This document shows, in pieces, positions 1 through 10,983 of a stretch of 64,000 nt of DNA (position 1 is its first letter; each line of letters begins with the position of its first letter). The DNA is from Flectonema sp. DT1601 (taxonomy: Eukaryota): assembly GCA_964019425.1 (NCBI GenBank), contig OZ025793.1, positions 992,001 to 1,056,000 on the forward strand, given 5' to 3'. The translations under genes were made by a program, and so were the position numbers. The notes under the pieces are model-generated. The model ran no database searches. It was not told the DNA's origin and worked only from the letters and a program-made list of their open reading frames with translations.

Positions 1-153
1 GAGCATTCTATGCGATGCGAATAATTCTTATCTGCCTGCTGATTCCCTTTTGTAACTGTTCCCTTGTGTTGGATGGTGTTGTGTTTTGTTAGAGAGCACT
101 TGAACTCCCTCTCTCTCTCTCTCTCTCGTTCTCTCTCTTTCTCTCATCTGTTT

Positions 154-235
154 GAACTAAATGATGCACAACCATATTATTGTGAATACAATGAACATAA
201 AACAACAATTAGAATAGGTCGAGGCTGATTAGTTC
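154..235 (+). ncRNA. Box C/D snoRNA type A (LSU rRNA guide), copy 1
   Basis: C-like box ATGATGC (161), D box CTGA (225) and a perfect 7-bp terminal stem GAACTAA/TTAGTTC. The guide AGAATAGGTCGAGG is antisense to the conserved LSU rRNA motif CCUCGACCUAUUCU(CAAAC). Confidence 0.8.
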
Positions 236-254
236 CTTCCTCCGCTCTCTCTTT

Positions 255-344
255 AATATGATGATATTAATGGCATTATCAATCACGTGTTAGACTTCTG
301 AGCATTCTATGCGATGCGAATAATTCTTATCTGCCTGCTGATTC
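255..344 (+). ncRNA. Box C/D snoRNA type B (SNORD104/snR58-like), copy 1
   Basis: C box ATGATGA (258), then guide CACGTGTTAGACT and D' CTGA (298), C'-like GCGATGCG, and D CTGA (338). The guide is antisense to LSU rRNA AGUCUAACACGUG; the D+5 rule points to the C of GAGUCUAAC. Confidence 0.85.
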
Positions 345-402
345 CCTTTGTGACTGTTCCCTTATGTTGGATGGTGTTGTATTTTGTTAGAGAGCACTTG
401 AA

Positions 403-444
<42 letters not shown>

Positions 445-467
445 CTCTCTCTTTCTCTCATCTGTTT

Positions 468-549
468 GAACTAAATGATGCACAACCATATTATTGTGAA
501 TACAATGAACATAAAACAACAATTAGAATAGGTCGAGGCTGATTAGTTC
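468..549 (+). ncRNA. Box C/D snoRNA type A, copy 2
   Basis: Same boxes, guide and terminal stem as copy 1 (D box CTGA at 539). Confidence 0.8.
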
Positions 550-568
550 CTTCCTCCACTCTCTCTTT

Positions 569-658
569 AATATGATGATATTAATGGCATTATCAATCAC
601 GTGTTAGACTTCTGAGCATTCTATGCGATGCGAATAATTCTTATCTGCCTGCTGATTC
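569..658 (+). ncRNA. Box C/D snoRNA type B, copy 2
   Basis: C box at 572, D box at 652; identical to copy 1. Confidence 0.85.
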
Positions 659-758
659 CCTTTTGTAACTGTTCCCTTATGTTGGATGGTGTTGTGTTTT
701 GTTAGAGAGCACTTGAACTCCCTCTCTCTCTCGTTCTCTCTCTTTCTCTCATCTGTTT

Positions 759-840
759 GAACTAAATGATGCACAACCATATTATTGTGAATACAATGAA
801 CATAAAACAACAATTAGAATAGGTCGAGGTTGATTAGTTC
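759..840 (+). ncRNA. Box C/D snoRNA type A, copy 3 (D box variant TTGA)
   Basis: Same as copy 1 except the D box is TTGA at 830. Confidence 0.7.
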
Positions 841-866
841 CTTCCTCCACTCTCCACTCTCTCTTT

Positions 867-956
867 AATATGATGATATTAATGGCATTATCAATCACGT
901 GTTAGACTTCTGAGCATTCTATGCGATGCGAATAATTCTTATCTGCCTGCTGATTC
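867..956 (+). ncRNA. Box C/D snoRNA type B, copy 3
   Basis: C box at 870, D box at 950. Confidence 0.85.
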
Positions 957-1014
957 CCTTTGTGACTGTTCCCTTATGTTGGATGGTGTTGTATTTTGTT
1001 AGAGAGCACTTGAA

Positions 1015-1076
<62 letters not shown>

Positions 1077-1099
1077 CTCTCTCTTTCTCTCATCTGTTT

Positions 1100-1181
1100 G
1101 AACTAAATGATGCACAACCATATTATTGTGAATACAATGAACATAAAACAACAATTAGAATAGGTCGAGGCTGATTAGTTC
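1100..1181 (+). ncRNA. Box C/D snoRNA type A, copy 4
   Basis: C-like box at 1107, D box CTGA at 1171, terminal stem intact. Confidence 0.8.
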
Positions 1182-1200
1182 CTTCCTCCGCTCTCTCTTT

Positions 1201-1290
1201 AATATGATGATATTAATGGCATTATCAATCACGTGTTAGACTTCTGAGCATTCTATGCGATGCGAATAATTCTTATCTGCCTGCTGATTC
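1201..1290 (+). ncRNA. Box C/D snoRNA type B, copy 4
   Basis: C box at 1204, D box at 1284. Confidence 0.85.
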
Positions 1291-1389
1291 CCTTTGTGAC
1301 TGTTCCCTTATGTTGGATGGTGTTGTATTTTGTTAGAGAGCACTTGAACTCCCTCTCTCTCTCGTTCTCTCTCTTTCTCTCATCTGTTT

Positions 1390-1471
1390 GAACTAAATGA
1401 TGCACAACCATATTATTGTGAATACAATGAACATAAAACAACAATTAGAATAGGTCGAGGTTGATTAGTTC
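1390..1471 (+). ncRNA. Box C/D snoRNA type A, copy 5 (D box variant TTGA)
   Basis: C-like box at 1397, D box TTGA at 1461. Confidence 0.7.
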
Positions 1472-1497
1472 ATTCCTCCACTCTCCACTCTCTCTTT

Positions 1498-1587
1498 AAT
1501 ATGATGATATTAATGGCATTATCAATCACGTGTTAGACTTCTGAGCATTCTATGCGATGCGAATAATTCTTATCTGCCTGCTGATTC
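1498..1587 (+). ncRNA. Box C/D snoRNA type B, copy 5
   Basis: C box at 1501, D box at 1581. Confidence 0.85.
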
Positions 1588-1795
1588 CCTTCTGTGACTG
1601 TTCCCTTGTGTTGGAGGTAATGAAAAACAATCAACAATTAGAGTAGATCTTTCTTACACTTTCCACTGCAGTGATGAGGAAGTTCTCTTTGTATTATTAT
1701 TATTGTAACTTTTGAAGTATTGTAGTTTTTATACTCATCAGGAGGTTCAGTGACTACTATTTTCTGCAGGAGGTTGCTTCAGAAGAATAAAACAA

Positions 1796-2436
1796 ATGAA
1801 GTTATTATCACTGTTAGTATTATTTACGGCCGTTGGAAAAGTGTCATCTGAAGCCACCTGTTCTTCGATAGCACTTCAGAGATGTGAAGATGCTTTTAAT
1901 GTAACGACATGTGTGAAGTCGTACGTACCAATGTTACAAGATAAGGGATACGGACAAGCGTGTTTATGGTATACCGCATTTCCACCAGCGGAGTGTGTAG
2001 GTGGTGATAGGTGTCTCATTATAACCGAAGCACCAGGTCCGACGAAGAAGCCAACACCTATGCCTACTCCTAAGCCGACTCCTCATCCGTCACCTACTCC
2101 GAGTCCGCCTCCAACTCCACTACCACCTACTCCTAAACCAACATCTACACCGACACCAGCACCGACACCAAAACCGACACCAAAACCGACACCGACCCCT
2201 CCTCCTTCCCCTCCATCTTGTAAAGTCTGCGGTAAGGGACCGTGTTGCAATCCATCTGCACCAGTTAAAGAGTTCTGTCCTGGTATGTCTTACATCTGAA
2301 TTATATAAAGAGTTGTTCTAAAGTAATCAAAAGTTAAATAAATTAAACAAAAACAGGTCACATTTCATGTTGTGACTGTGGTACGAATGCTTGTGAATGT
2401 CCGACTTCAATGATTGTAGGAATTAGTGATAACTGA
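1796..2436 (+). CDS. Secreted protein with two Cys-rich domains joined by a Pro/Thr linker (~188 aa, 2 exons)
   Basis: Signal peptide [14 protein letters not shown] and (PT/PK)n linker. Intron 2283-2356 (GTATGT...AAACAG) splices in frame to [16 protein letters not shown]...*. Confidence 0.8.
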
Positions 2437-2571
2437 ATCAAAGAGAGAGAGAGCGAGACTTATAATTATATCTTGAGGTGGTTATCGATCCGATTATTTG
2501 TATGAACCTGATTTAGATATTAGTTTCTAGTAGTAATTACCAACCATTAAATCCCCTCACAGGTCCAGTCA

Positions 2572-4630
2572 ATGTACAATGAATTGGAAGGACTTGATAT
2601 AAAGTATCCACCCAATGCCACCGTTCATCAAAAATCAGAAATTATCCTAAACGCACTGCGGCAGACAACAGTAGCTGCGAAGATAAAAAGAGAAGTAAAA
2701 GATGAACTGATCAAAGGAAAGTACACGGTTGGTAATCTCGGAGGGAACTTACCAAAACTAATGGAAGACTTAGGATGTAGTGTGAAGTTGAAAAATTGCA
2801 TACGAGAATTGCAAGATTCAGCCGAAAGGCATGATACCATGCACGGTAATGAAATAATAAACTCACCAATTAGAGCTCGGGGAGTTGATGAGGCTGTAAC
2901 CCCACCAATCCCAAAACTTATTGAATATCATCAGGCGATTTCAGAAGCAAGAAGTAAATGGAGGTCACTAATACTTTCTGAACTTCAAAGTATTTCTGCA
3001 GAACTTGATATCCCATTTGCCCGTCTTAGAACTACTTCTACTGAACAAGCTCGTCAGAATCGAGAAACAATTATCTCAACAGATTCATCACCACCTGCTG
3101 TTAGTAGATCGGAGAATACTGATCCTGACACAACACATTCAAAACCTCATATTCGTGGTCGACCTCCAATTAACGCTCGCAGTATGTTGAAAGTTCTCTG
3201 CGATATTAGATCAGCGAATCATATCAGGTGTGTTTGTTTGTTTGTTTTATTACCCCTCCTCATCATGTTTTCTGTTCTTAATCCGTGTCGGCTAAGCAAT
3301 AGTTATTTCTACTCACAGCAGCTCTCAATGGTTTCTTCAATAATAAAATCTTATCTTTGTCAATATGATTGTGTGTCACTATGTCTTATTTGATTGATTT
3401 CAATGTTATAACGAACTTGATATTATTGACCGTTGGGAACTGTTTACTTTGCGATATGTCATTAGTTTGTCTAATTCAACGACACAAAACAAACATATAA
3501 AAAAAACAGCAACAACACCAAGATATACGGATGGGGATTAATTCAATTGGAACTTTTAATTCCAACACCTGATGAATTGATGGTAGCATTCAGTGAACTT
3601 AAACCATGCAACAGACACTGTGGAGTTGATGAACAACTTCTTCGTGATAAGTTTACTGACGACTGTATCAGACAGGTATCTGCTCTGTTAGCTAAGAATG
3701 ATAAAACTGCTCTTAGAGAGAGATTAAAAAGGGGAGTTCCGGTCAGTCTTAGACAGGCAGTTTGGAAACAGATTTTAGATCCAAGTCCGAATGAGGCTTC
3801 TGGGAATGAGAAGGTTTGTTTATTTTCATAAAATATGTATCTCATCGATTACGTTCGTTTATTTTAATAAAAAACAACAAACTCAGCGCCGAGCACACTT
3901 AGAAACCCTCCAACAAGATGTCCTGAGAGTTGAATTACTCACGGATGACATACTGAGAAGGGACATCAGAGAGTGTGCAGATGATGATAAATATTTTGTT
4001 TTTGACGATGCCTTAGAAAAAGTATTACTGCCGCTATCAAGAGATGCGTACTGCGTACCTTACTCAGGCAAGGCTGTGGATCCAATTAAGGGACTTGGCA
4101 GAGGGTCTACAGATGAAATCTTATCAGCGTATCCACCTTCTGGAATTGTACCTGCGGATGGCTTAGCGAGACTCTGCGCTCCGCTGTGTTTTATTTATAC
4201 TAATCTTGTAGATGTTTATTATATACTACGAGCTATGTACTGTAGATATTGGGCTAAGTTACATACCATTAACTCTTCATCGTCAACTATGTTGTCTCTT
4301 TGTAAGTTGTTTGAGAGGTTAGTTCATATTTATAATCCGGATGTGGCATATCATTGTATCACTGCAGGTATTCGTCCTCTTGAAATAGCATTTCCGTGGA
4401 TGTATTCGGCGTTTTCGGGGTACTTGGAAGTCGATCAGCTATTACACCTCTGGGATCGGATAATCGCGTATGATAATCTCATGTTGTTTCCTATCTTAGC
4501 AGCAGCTATTTTCTTATGGAGAGGTAAGAGTATTTTACTTTGTGACAGCTATCATGAAATTCGACATCTGTTCACTGATTTTTCAAAACTTCAAGTCGTC
4601 CCATTATTGCAATATTTCTTATTCGCATGA
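2572..4630 (+). CDS. Rab-GAP TBC-domain protein, TBC1D19-like (~567 aa, 3 exons)
   Basis: Introns 3228-3509 and 3814-3886 join the ORFs in frame. TBC motifs include GVPVSLRQAVWKQIL, FPWMYSAFSGYL and LLHLWDRIIAYD. Confidence 0.85.
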
Positions 4631-4786
4631 GAAATTGGTATTTTTATTTCAGTTTTTTTTTATTTTTTTATTTTTTATTATTGTTTTTTTTTATATTATT
4701 CTATTCGGTAATTTAATAATAATTATTTTAGTTTTCGTATACTATCGTCAAAAAAAAAAAAAAAACTGCTTTTAGAAATTTAAAAG

Positions 4787-5098
4787 CTTCTACACGCCCA
4801 GAAAAATAAAATTAGGATTCCTTTTGAATTTCGAAGCTCTTTATCACAATAATTATAATTAAACGTGGAATGCTTGTCTCAAAGAAAGATTCGAGGCTTG
4901 TTTAAAAAGCAATTTTTCAACAAACTTTTATAACAAAAAGTTTTTAACTTCTACACGCCCAGAAAAATAAAATTAGGATTCCCTTTGAATTTCGAAGCTC
5001 TTTACCACAATAATTATAATTAAACGTGGAATGCTTGTCTCAAAGAAAGATTCGAGGCTTGTTTAAAACGCAATTTTTCAACAAACTTTTATAACAAA
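4787..5098. repeat. Direct tandem duplication, 161-bp period, 2 copies
   Basis: CTTCTACACGCCCAGAAAAATAAAATTAGG... occurs at 4787 and 4948 with only a few substitutions. Confidence 0.95.
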
Positions 5099-5256
5099 TT
5101 TTTTTAATTGTATGCAAATAAAAAATATAATTATTTAAATTAACAGCCAGTCATCGATAACATGAAATTAATAAATGTTGAGAGGGGAGTCTTAAAAACT
5201 GAAAAGTATTACTGAATAGGAAAACTTATTTCATTACAAAGACACCCACTTAATGA

Positions 5257-6729
5257 ATGTCATTGCGATTGGGGGATGAGATTCGTATTGAAGGTTTGAC
5301 TCACAAGAAGTATGCTCATCTCAACGGTTCAATAGGTAGGGTCGTAAAGAATGACCAACGCAATGAAGGTCGAGTAGTCGTCAAGATAGCTGAGGGAGAA
5401 ATATCCTTCAAGAGAGAGAATCTGATTAGAACTAAAAAACAATCTCCGCTGACTGCGAGAAGGCCACCTGCGGAAAACAAAAGCGCTTTTGCAAGTTCGA
5501 GTCCGGGTGCGGAAGTTAAATCAGAATTTAAAAGTATCCCTGGAGGAAGCGTAACCTTCGGTCCTTCTACCCCCAGCAATCTCGTCTTCTTAATGCAAGA
5601 ACGAGAATCTCATGAGCAAGAAGTGACTCGTAAAAAGAATGAAGTTGAAGAACTAACAAAAGCTGTCACTCAATGGAAGGGTCACATTCTTAAGACTCAA
5701 GCTCAGGTTTGTATTTTATTCTATTACTTGTTATCCTCAAATACTATTCACGTTATTCAATCCATTCAGGTTAATGAACAACAACAAAAACTCGACGAAT
5801 ATCGACAAATGGCTGAACAACAAGCAGCAGTCTATACCGAGAGTATTAATTCTCAAATCCAATCACGAGCCAAGGAATCTGAAGAAGTTAATGCTGCTCA
5901 ACTTAAACTATCAAAAGAGATACCTGAACTACCTTATAGAAGTAAAGTAATGTCGTACGACATCGAAATTAGGAATGCTGCAGCTAAAAGTGTTGGTAAC
6001 AACACGTGGCTTGCTTCATCTTGGAAACGAAGACTAGAACTACTGAGAGAATATTGCAGTCCTCCTGAAATAGAAACTGATCCGAGTTGTCAAGTAACAG
6101 TTTTGGGATCTGGTGAACCTTTTAAAATATCATTTAGAAAGGATGATGATATTGAGGACTTCGTTCATCAGCTCCGAGTTGACCTCCAGCATGTCGCAGG
6201 TGCAGGCGAGCCGCCGTTGGTTTTTGTTTGTACTCCTTTTGATGGTGACTTGCCCGTGAATGAGAATTATTTTGAATATTTCACAAAACGATTTTCGGAT
6301 AAAACTAAAAAACCATCGACATCAGTACTCGCTCGACGACCACTAGATGGTGGTTGGGAGCACAGCAGTACAAATAACTTCTTCACATGGAAAGCATCTC
6401 AGGTCAGGAACTACGTCGTTCACAGTCCGACAATACCATTCCTATCTGGAGAGTACACTGACACTAATCAAACACATAATGGTATGCCTGTGTTTATCTC
6501 ATCTGTTGGATACGCGTTGTTTTCTGATCCGCATTCTCGATGGAAAATTGGAGCTACCGACTACATAGATCAGGGTCTTGGTCTCCTAAAGTCTGAGTGG
6601 CCACACGGTGGAAAGATGCCTCATCAGGTAGTCACTTGGCAAATATTAACACCGGATACTGAAATGTGGGTTAGAGATGTTGGTATTGCTGTGAATGAGA
6701 TGACCGATCATGGTACTATATTTGAGTAA
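5257..6729 (+). CDS. Hypothetical protein with SH3/KOW-like N-terminus and coiled coil (~469 aa)
   Basis: Long ORF containing a probable in-frame 63-nt intron at 5707-5769 (GTTTGT...TTCAG). N-terminal LRLGDEIRIEGL..LNGSIGRVV..GRVVV motif. Confidence 0.75.
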   Translation: MSLRLGDEIRIEGLTHKKYAHLNGSIGRVVKNDQRNEGRVVVKIAEGEISFKRENLIRTKKQSPLTARRPPAENKSAFASSSPGAEVKSEFKSIPGGSVTFGPSTPSNLVFLMQERESHEQEVTRKKNEVEELTKAVTQWKGHILKTQAQVCILFYYLLSSNTIHVIQSIQVNEQQQKLDEYRQMAEQQAAVYTESINSQIQSRAKESEEVNAAQLKLSKEIPELPYRSKVMSYDIEIRNAAAKSVGNNTWLASSWKRRLELLREYCSPPEIETDPSCQVTVLGSGEPFKISFRKDDDIEDFVHQLRVDLQHVAGAGEPPLVFVCTPFDGDLPVNENYFEYFTKRFSDKTKKPSTSVLARRPLDGGWEHSSTNNFFTWKASQVRNYVVHSPTIPFLSGEYTDTNQTHNGMPVFISSVGYALFSDPHSRWKIGATDYIDQGLGLLKSEWPHGGKMPHQVVTWQILTPDTEMWVRDVGIAVNEMTDHGTIFE

Positions 6730-6826
6730 GTCTATTCTCTCCTTTTGTATTTTTCTGTATCCATTTTATGTCTCGTGCACCTTGTGTGTATTTTGTTATA
6801 TTATTTTCTCTAAACAGAATCAGGAA

Positions 6827-7729
6827 ATGAAATCAATGCCACAACAAGATGAAGGTTTGATGCCAGTTACCATGAGTATGCCAGTCATTACTATTCCAAC
6901 AGCAAAAGCCGTTTACAGCGCAGGAGATTTGCGAGTCCTTTACGTGTTGGAAGTTGCTTACCAAGGTAGAAAGTGGAAAGTTGAAAAAGGGTACAGCGAA
7001 ATAAAAAAATTCAGGCAGGGAATAGCGTGGAAGGACGGATTGTTTTCTTCTTCGATTCCTCAACTACCACCTGGGGGTTTTAATTATAACAAAACTAACA
7101 AATCTTGGAAACGAATTGAAAGGAGGAGAGCAGCACTTGAGCAATTCTTCAAAAGTTTGGAGGAGTCGGAAGTTTTTTATTCTACTACGGAACCTTTTGT
7201 TAAGTTTTTCGACATCGATGCGAATATGTGCGACCTAACAGAGAGACTTCCTCCACCTTCTATCTTAAATACAAGCTGGTGGTACAGCACAAAAGATGTC
7301 CAGGACGCAGTATTTAGAGTCACTCGTATCGCATACCCCCCTGGAAGTCTTCCTCCAAATGTCGTATTATGTACACCCACAGGTATGGTTAGAGTGGGAA
7401 GTGATGGAATTATAATTAGCTTTAAGGCAGCAAAGGGTACCAGTCGAAGTGATCAACGTGCGAGGCTTAATGATGTAGCGTCTTTGTATGGTTGGATAAC
7501 ATCATTCGGTGATGTTGTTCCGCCTCCTTCTGAAATAAGTGGTTTTATGAGACATTTATTTAGAAAGAGGGGAGTTCTAGCTGTTGGTCGATGGTCAGCA
7601 GGTTCTGATTTTTCATCGTCGAGCAGTTTAGGATCCACTCCTTCGATAGCGTCAAGCAGTTCGTCTCTCTCTGACTGTGCTAGTTGTGATATAACAGTAA
7701 CACCTCCACCTGATGTGATTTGTTTTTAA
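6827..7729 (+). CDS. PX (Phox homology) domain protein
   Basis: YVLEVAYQGRKWKVEKGYSEIKKF...IPQLPP...IERRRAALEQFF is a PX signature. The ATG at 6827 follows a pyrimidine tract and AG acceptors at 6817/6823. Confidence 0.8.
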   Translation: MKSMPQQDEGLMPVTMSMPVITIPTAKAVYSAGDLRVLYVLEVAYQGRKWKVEKGYSEIKKFRQGIAWKDGLFSSSIPQLPPGGFNYNKTNKSWKRIERRRAALEQFFKSLEESEVFYSTTEPFVKFFDIDANMCDLTERLPPPSILNTSWWYSTKDVQDAVFRVTRIAYPPGSLPPNVVLCTPTGMVRVGSDGIIISFKAAKGTSRSDQRARLNDVASLYGWITSFGDVVPPPSEISGFMRHLFRKRGVLAVGRWSAGSDFSSSSSLGSTPSIASSSSSLSDCASCDITVTPPPDVICF

Positions 7730-7846
7730 AAAATTGTAATTATTGAGCATCTTGCTGTCTGCATGACTTTCTTTATTCGATCTGCATGCATCACCGTGTT
7801 CGTCTGTTTTAACTACTTGAATAGCGCACCTTTTTTGTGTGCTGCT

Positions 7847-7882
<36 letters not shown>

Positions 7883-8380
7883 TTTTAAAACGATACAAAC
7901 AGTTATGATTATTTTATTTTATTTTGTTTTTGTTATTTTTATTTTTCAAAAAAAAGAACAAAAAAGTGAAAGTTGCGTTTTTTTTTCTCTTTTTCTTAAT
8001 TATATCTGTAGTAGTATTATATCTCATTTTCACCTCCCTTCCCTCGGAAAAAGGTTTGCACCTTATTCTTTTTTGTTCTCTCTTTTTAGTTTTGTTTATT
8101 CGCTTCCTCAGCCTTTCCGCGCTGTGTGTCAGCGATACTGACTAACTTGTTCAGGTTGTTTATTCATTTCCCAAATATCCGTTTAAAATCGATTTTCCAT
8201 TGCACGTTATAGCGGTGTTGAGATTGCTGCTTTCACTGAGAGTTGTTCGACACATGGCTCTGTGATGAAGTTGGGTATGGTTAGCTGAATTCTTTTTTCT
8301 TCCCCATTGATATGTACTTTTTAGTTTTTCTACCCTGTGGGTCAGGGACACTGTCCCGGCTCCGCCACACACAAACCCGC

Positions 8381-8411
<31 letters not shown>

Positions 8412-10959
8412 TTAATCACTCTCTGGGAAACTATTTTTCCCTGATAGTATTTTTACTTTTTGCAGACTGATCTGTACTTCTTATTTTCTTTTTTTCCCCC
8501 CTACTTTTTTCGAAGTTGCTATTTTCTCCATCTGCGTGCGGTCCTCATCATCTTTAACTGCCCCACGGAGTCAAAGCTCAGGAGAGGGAAAAAAAGGGAA
8601 AAGAAATAAAAAAGCTGTTGATTCCCTGCTCTTCAGGTTTCGGGATGTCCTTTCTTCGATATCTCAATTACGCTTTTGTTTTATTTGTAGCCATGCTGCC
8701 TTTGCAGTTTGCAGCTAAGAACAGTCTTCTTTCCTCATTGTGAAAAAAGAAAAAAAGAAAAAAATCTATTTCTAAATCCCCGATTGGCGCACAAACACTT
8801 TTTTAATTTTTTTAATTTTTCTTTTTTTCCCCTCCATCCCTAACTTTGGGTCTATAGGCCTTTCATCGAATACGTGAATAAGTGAGTTAGGAAAAGAAAG
8901 TATTGTAAAAAGTGCCAAGAAGCTTCTTGGCGATTAGTTCTCAGAACTTCCTTCGGTTAAGATAATAAATTAAATCCAATGAGCACGCTGGAAGGTATCT
9001 AGTTTTTTTCTTCTTTCCAAAGAAAAAAAAAAAAAACGTTTTCTTTACGAGACACAGCAATAATTACGATGCTGCAATGCAACAAGCACGCTTTCAGGCG
9101 TCCGTGTTGTGTTGAGAAGTGAATTTTGAAAAAAAACAAAAACAAAAAAACGAAAAACAAACCGGAAAAAAAAAAAAAAAAAAGTCTATTTCGTGAACCG
9201 AAGTTTGCGGAATGAGGAAAAAAAAAAAAAAAAAAAGGAGGCGAAAAATAGGTCTACAAAAAAAAAAGAAAAAAAAAAACTATTACGAGGACAGCAATAG
9301 TTATCATTCCAACACCGTTCCTTTTTAATTAATTCGTGTTGCGATTAGTGCGAACGAGTGTCATGTTTTATGGGTTCCCTCCTTTTTCGTCGTTTTTTCA
9401 CATCTACCTGAAGTACTCTTTTCTTCTTAGTTGTGCAACGCATCTAATTAGTAATCATAACAACACTTTTCAGGAAATTTATTAAAGACTTTTTATCTGT
9501 TTAATGAATCTTTTGTTCTTTTTTTTTTTAATTTTTTTTTTATAAATATTCACATGCGGCTCATCGTTCCATTGTACTTGCATAAGCAAAATAATAACTC
9601 AACTTAAGTAGGTACTCTAACTTTTTAATCTTAGCCCGAAACCAACTTGTTTGTTGTCCTACGATTTTTTGCTTTTTTTTTGATTGAACTGATAATTATT
9701 AATATTAACTAATACTCTAAAGGTTCTATGTTGAAAAAAAAAAAGCCGCTGTATGTTTGGGGTGTGAGCTATCTGTTATTTTATTATTATTTTTTTTTTG
9801 TCTGTTGATCATCGTCGACACATGCAAACGACTTTGGAAGATAGGGGGAAAAAAAAATTCTGGAAAGGATGAACTCTTAATACCAGCATTCAGCAGGAAG
9901 CATGGCTCATCAAGCCGTTTTTTGAAAACTATTGATTTTTATACCAACCGCAAGGCAATTAAAAGATGCTCTGCCCCGCTAAGCAGAGATTCTTTTTTTT
10001 TTTTCAAAAGAAATAATATAAAAGAAAATAATTTTACAAAAAAAAAAAAAAAAAAAAAAAACTCATTTGCTTATATTTGAGTTGGGTTTTCTCCGGTTTT
10101 TTTTTTTTTTTTTTTTAATCGTTTTTATTTGAAAAAACGCCAACTTTTTTCTTCCTTTCCCCGCGCCCGCTGCATATTGCTGCAGAGGAATGGTTGTATT
10201 GTTATAACAAAAAAAAAAAAAAAAAAAGAACAAATTAAAAAAACAAGAAAAAAAAGAAAAAGAACAGAAATTGTACCAATTCCCATTTAAAAAGACAAGA
10301 AATCAGATGACCATCCGAGAATCTACTAGGCACCCCAAGGCGGCAACTACCTGACTGATTATGTGCAGGTAGAGACTGGTTGAAAACATACCAAGCTAAA
10401 GAACATCCAGCTAGCTCTCTGGTGATAATTATTTTCTTAGTGACTCGTGTGATCTGATTTCTGTGTTACTCTCTCCCTTTTCCAGTATACCCCTTTGACA
10501 GAAAAAAGAATGAAAAAAAAAAAAAAGAAATAAATTAATCCAAAAGGCATCAACGTCTGGTCATCCCCTTGTAATGAGGTGTGATTCAGAAGGACGTCTT
10601 TACAACCCTTTTGGGGTTGGCTGAAATGATCCGATGTATTATTTTTTCAGGGGATGACAGCATCATTTTTTTTTTTTTTTTTTAAATCTTTTTTGTATTA
10701 TTCGCAACTTTGAGCCCGTGTTGCTCATTTCAAATAACTGTTTGGTCCAGATAGCAGCCTACTCAAGTATAACTTTTGCTTGTTCTTATGCCTTTTTATT
10801 GTTATGATTATTTTCGAAAGAGACAACCGTTTTTACCCCGTTTACCCGTTTTCTATATCTTTATGTCATATTTCTGTTCAACTTCTTTTTTACTTTATTT
10901 AAGATTTTTTTGTGTTGGAAAGTTAATATGTTACTACTCCCCCCCTCCCTGAGGGAATA

Positions 10960-10983
10960 TAATAATAATAATAATAATAATAA
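10960..10983. repeat. (AAT)n microsatellite
   Basis: Run of TAA/AAT triplets. Confidence 0.8.

Larger units (their letters stand above)
1..1615 (+). repeat. Tandem array of ~300-bp units with a variable (CT)n tract; it is a snoRNA gene cluster, truncated at the window start
   Basis: Units start GAGCATTCTATGCGATGCG at 1, 300, 614, 912, 1246 and 1543 (last one partial). They are near-identical except for (CT)n length and a few SNPs/indels. Confidence 0.97.

Noticed and set aside
307..1444. Short ORFs with ERERER/SLSLSL runs in the tandem array
   Set aside because: They are translations of the (CT)n spacer and snoRNA cassettes; the frame changes between units.
1..1615. Possible CRISPR array or spliced-leader RNA array
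   Set aside because: Whole units repeat with no unique spacers, the context is eukaryotic, and no AACTAA-type SL exon followed by a GT donor is evident; C/D boxes and rRNA guides explain the unit.
1668..1745. Third C/D snoRNA starting GTGATGA at 1671
   Set aside because: No convincing CTGA D box or rRNA guide; only a short TGATGAG/CTCATCA inverted repeat.
6726..6823. Fusion of the 5257 gene with the PX gene through a GTAAGT donor
   Set aside because: Splicing to either AG (6817 or 6823) leads to an immediate stop rather than the PX frame.
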